From IMG/VR virus record IMGVR_UViG_3300046170_000369, positions 1-62,031 of that record: a stretch of 62,031 nt of DNA; one strand, given 5' to 3'. A program made the translations under genes and the position numbers. The notes beneath the pieces are model-generated. The model ran no database searches. It was not told where the DNA came from and was given only the letters and a program-made list of their open reading frames with translations. This document shows, piece after piece, positions 60,375-62,031 of this stretch (position 1 is the stretch's first letter; each line of letters begins with the position of its first letter). Source of the DNA: a virus (lineage: Duplodnaviria > Caudoviricetes).

Positions 60375-60966
60375 CGTCCATCTCCTTTAGTGGTCTAAAT
60401 CCTGGCTTACGCTTCTTCTCGCCTTTCTCTCGCTCAGTCATTTTAAGCATTAGGTCTAAACCATGAAGTATTCTGTCATAGAACTTACCCTGCTGCTCAG
60501 TAGCTTGCATAAACAGACGAGTCCTTATTATCTCCTCTTCTGCTTCTAAACCGCCATCCTGAATATCGTCCCTGAGCTTTTCTGCTATTTCGAAAAGACT
60601 CATATTCTGACGAATGGCAATCTTCTGGGTAAGCTTTAGTGCTTCACCCATAAGTTGACCAACTGAGTCATCAAAAGATTCAAAGATTGCTAACTTCCCA
60701 ACATTGTCAGGATTATTCAACATATCAGCAATGTCATTCATGAATGCCTCTTTGCCGTTCTTTTCTAGGGCATCCATTAATTTATTCTGATCAGGCTCGG
60801 GTGGTGGCTTATCACGAACAAGCAATTCAGTAGCATCTGGCTGTTTTGTGTCATCGCCACTTGATATCCAAATGGCGCGCAGTTGCGGATTATCCTCAAC
60901 ATACCTTCTTAAATATCTACGACTTGTACCAAGTTCCTCAGCAACCTTTAGCATAGTCGCCATCAT
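60352..60966 (-). CDS. Putative terminase small subunit/HTH protein
   Basis: N-terminal HTH (VAEELGTSRRYLRRY); directly upstream of terL. Confidence 0.55.
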   Translation of the reverse strand: MMATMLKVAEELGTSRRYLRRYVEDNPQLRAIWISSGDDTKQPDATELLVRDKPPPEPDQNKLMDALEKNGKEAFMNDIADMLNNPDNVGKLAIFESFDDSVGQLMGEALKLTQKIAIRQNMSLFEIAEKLRDDIQDGGLEAEEEIIRTRLFMQATEQQGKFYDRILHGLDLMLKMTEREKGEKKRKPGFRPLKEMDDAENKED

Positions 60967-60992
60967 GATCGCTCATGAGCCGAGCTACATCC

Positions 60993-61385
60993 TCAGTAAG
61001 ATACTTCTTTTTTCTTGGCATTGATATATCTCCTTAACATCGGTAAGTATTTGCTCTTCCAGAAGGGACTGCATTTTAAGTAAGCAAACGATCCACCATT
61101 TGCTAATGCATAAGCACTATTTCTCACACGCCAGTCAAAGAAGTCGAAATTGCATCCCCTGCAAAACTTTTCAGCAATACCTATAGGCACCTGCTCCCAG
61201 CTAGTTTGGTTTGCAATCTCCTCAACCGTATCCACAGAAAGTCCTGAACGAATAGCTATCTCTTCATCCGACAATACACGGACTGAAGATTTGCCAATCT
61301 TTTCCCTCGCTAATAATCTTACAAAAACAGGCGGGAAGTAACTAAAAACCTCCCACCCCTTCCTGATTTTCCGCTCCATCTTCAT
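60993..61385 (-). CDS. HTH DNA-binding protein
   Basis: LSDEEIAIRSGLSVDTVEEI motif. Confidence 0.65.
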   Translation of the reverse strand: MKMERKIRKGWEVFSYFPPVFVRLLAREKIGKSSVRVLSDEEIAIRSGLSVDTVEEIANQTSWEQVPIGIAEKFCRGCNFDFFDWRVRNSAYALANGGSFAYLKCSPFWKSKYLPMLRRYINAKKKEVSY

Positions 61386-61590
61386 CTATAATATCCTTGA
61401 TCGCTTTTACGCATAGTCTTAATTTTTTATTCTGCTCAGGAAACTTTAACTGGTTCCCCAAACTACCCACCAAAATTGGTCTACCATTCTCACCACTCCG
61501 AAACCCAACACACAAATATCCATCAAACATTTCTTCATGCAAAGGCCTCAAATAATTCTTAATATCATTAGTTGTCATGTCACCACTCAT
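61342..61590 (-). CDS. Hypothetical protein
   Basis: Track ORF runs to 61668; the ATG at 61590 avoids overlap with the att arm repeats. Confidence 0.55.
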   Translation of the reverse strand: MSGDMTTNDIKNYLRPLHEEMFDGYLCVGFRSGENGRPILVGSLGNQLKFPEQNKKLRLCVKAIKDIIDEDGAENQEGVGGF

Positions 61591-61630
61591 GCATTTGATT
61601 TTCCATTTAAGTTTTTGAAAACGCAAGATA

Positions 61631-61871
61631 ATTTGACAATTTATGACAATCAATTCAATCGAACCCACTGTTTATCTACTACTATTAATGCATGACACGC
61701 ATGAGGTCGGCAGTTCGAATCTGCCATCTCCCACCACTCTTAAATAACTACAAAAGAGTGACTTACAAAATAATTAATTCTCTTTTTTGTAGCCTTAAAT
61801 ATCTCATAATATTTGACAATATCTGACAATTATACCTAATATCCGCTCAAATTTGACAATGATTTGACAAT
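61631..61871. mobile_element. attP-like site with arm-type TGACAAT direct repeats
   Basis: Three repeat pairs at 61631-61650, 61811-61830 and 61851-61871 flank a tRNA 3' fragment, next to an integrase-like start. Confidence 0.8.
61688..61736 (+). tRNA. 3' half of tRNA-Val(GAC) (att core, not a complete tRNA)
   Basis: ATGC-ATGACAC-GCAT anticodon arm, GGCAG-TTCGAAT-CTGCC T arm, ATCTCCC-ACCA end; no 5' acceptor strand or D arm upstream. Confidence 0.8.
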
Positions 61872-62031
61872 GGATTTTAAGGTAACACAGGTAAGTTTTT
61901 CAAAAAATTCTCCATGGATGGTAACACTGACCCATCAAAAGAAGAGAATCTACAGGAAGTTTTTCAAGTCTAAGAAAAAAGCAAAGGACTTCATTGACGA
62001 AGAAGAAGCTAAGATTGATTTAGGATTATCT
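61870..62031 (+). CDS. Integrase N-terminal arm-binding domain (truncated by window edge)
   Basis: MDFKVTQV...PWMVTL...KKRIYRKFFKSKKKAKDF open to the end of the window; adjacent to the attP-like site. Confidence 0.65.
   Translation, partial: MDFKVTQVSFSKNSPWMVTLTHQKKRIYRKFFKSKKKAKDFIDEEEAKIDLGLS

Noticed and set aside
61688-61736. Complete phage-encoded tRNA-Val
   Set aside because: No 5' acceptor strand (GGGAGAT) or D arm upstream; better explained as an att core.

Overview
A 62 kb stretch of a temperate dsDNA tailed phage with a podovirus-like layout; the genome is incomplete (no DNA polymerase or primase here). The + strand (879-15664) carries early and accessory genes: a ligase-like nucleotidyltransferase, a RAMP/Cas7-like protein, GP88, DUF932, an AAA+ ATPase, an SNF2 helicase and a tyrosine recombinase. 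The - strand (15666-61590) carries late genes: terminase, portal, scaffold, major capsid, tail and fibre proteins, and a ~4400 aa giant virion protein. The right end has an attP-like site (3' half of tRNA-Val(GAC) between TGACAAT arm repeats) and the start of a second integrase. Many essential genes are split by 1-nt indels in short homopolymers, most likely read errors. The standout is a candidate RNA-guided system. A lone RAMP/Cas7-like gene (5454-6038) is preceded by a non-coding array (4981-5415) of four 5-nt-periodic (GGN-NN)n tracts separated by three 37-nt covarying pseudoknot linkers, and a satellite unit lies at 2943-3038. The first 5 kb is also rich in G.U-containing RNA stems, and a palindromic operator-like motif recurs at gene starts across the window.
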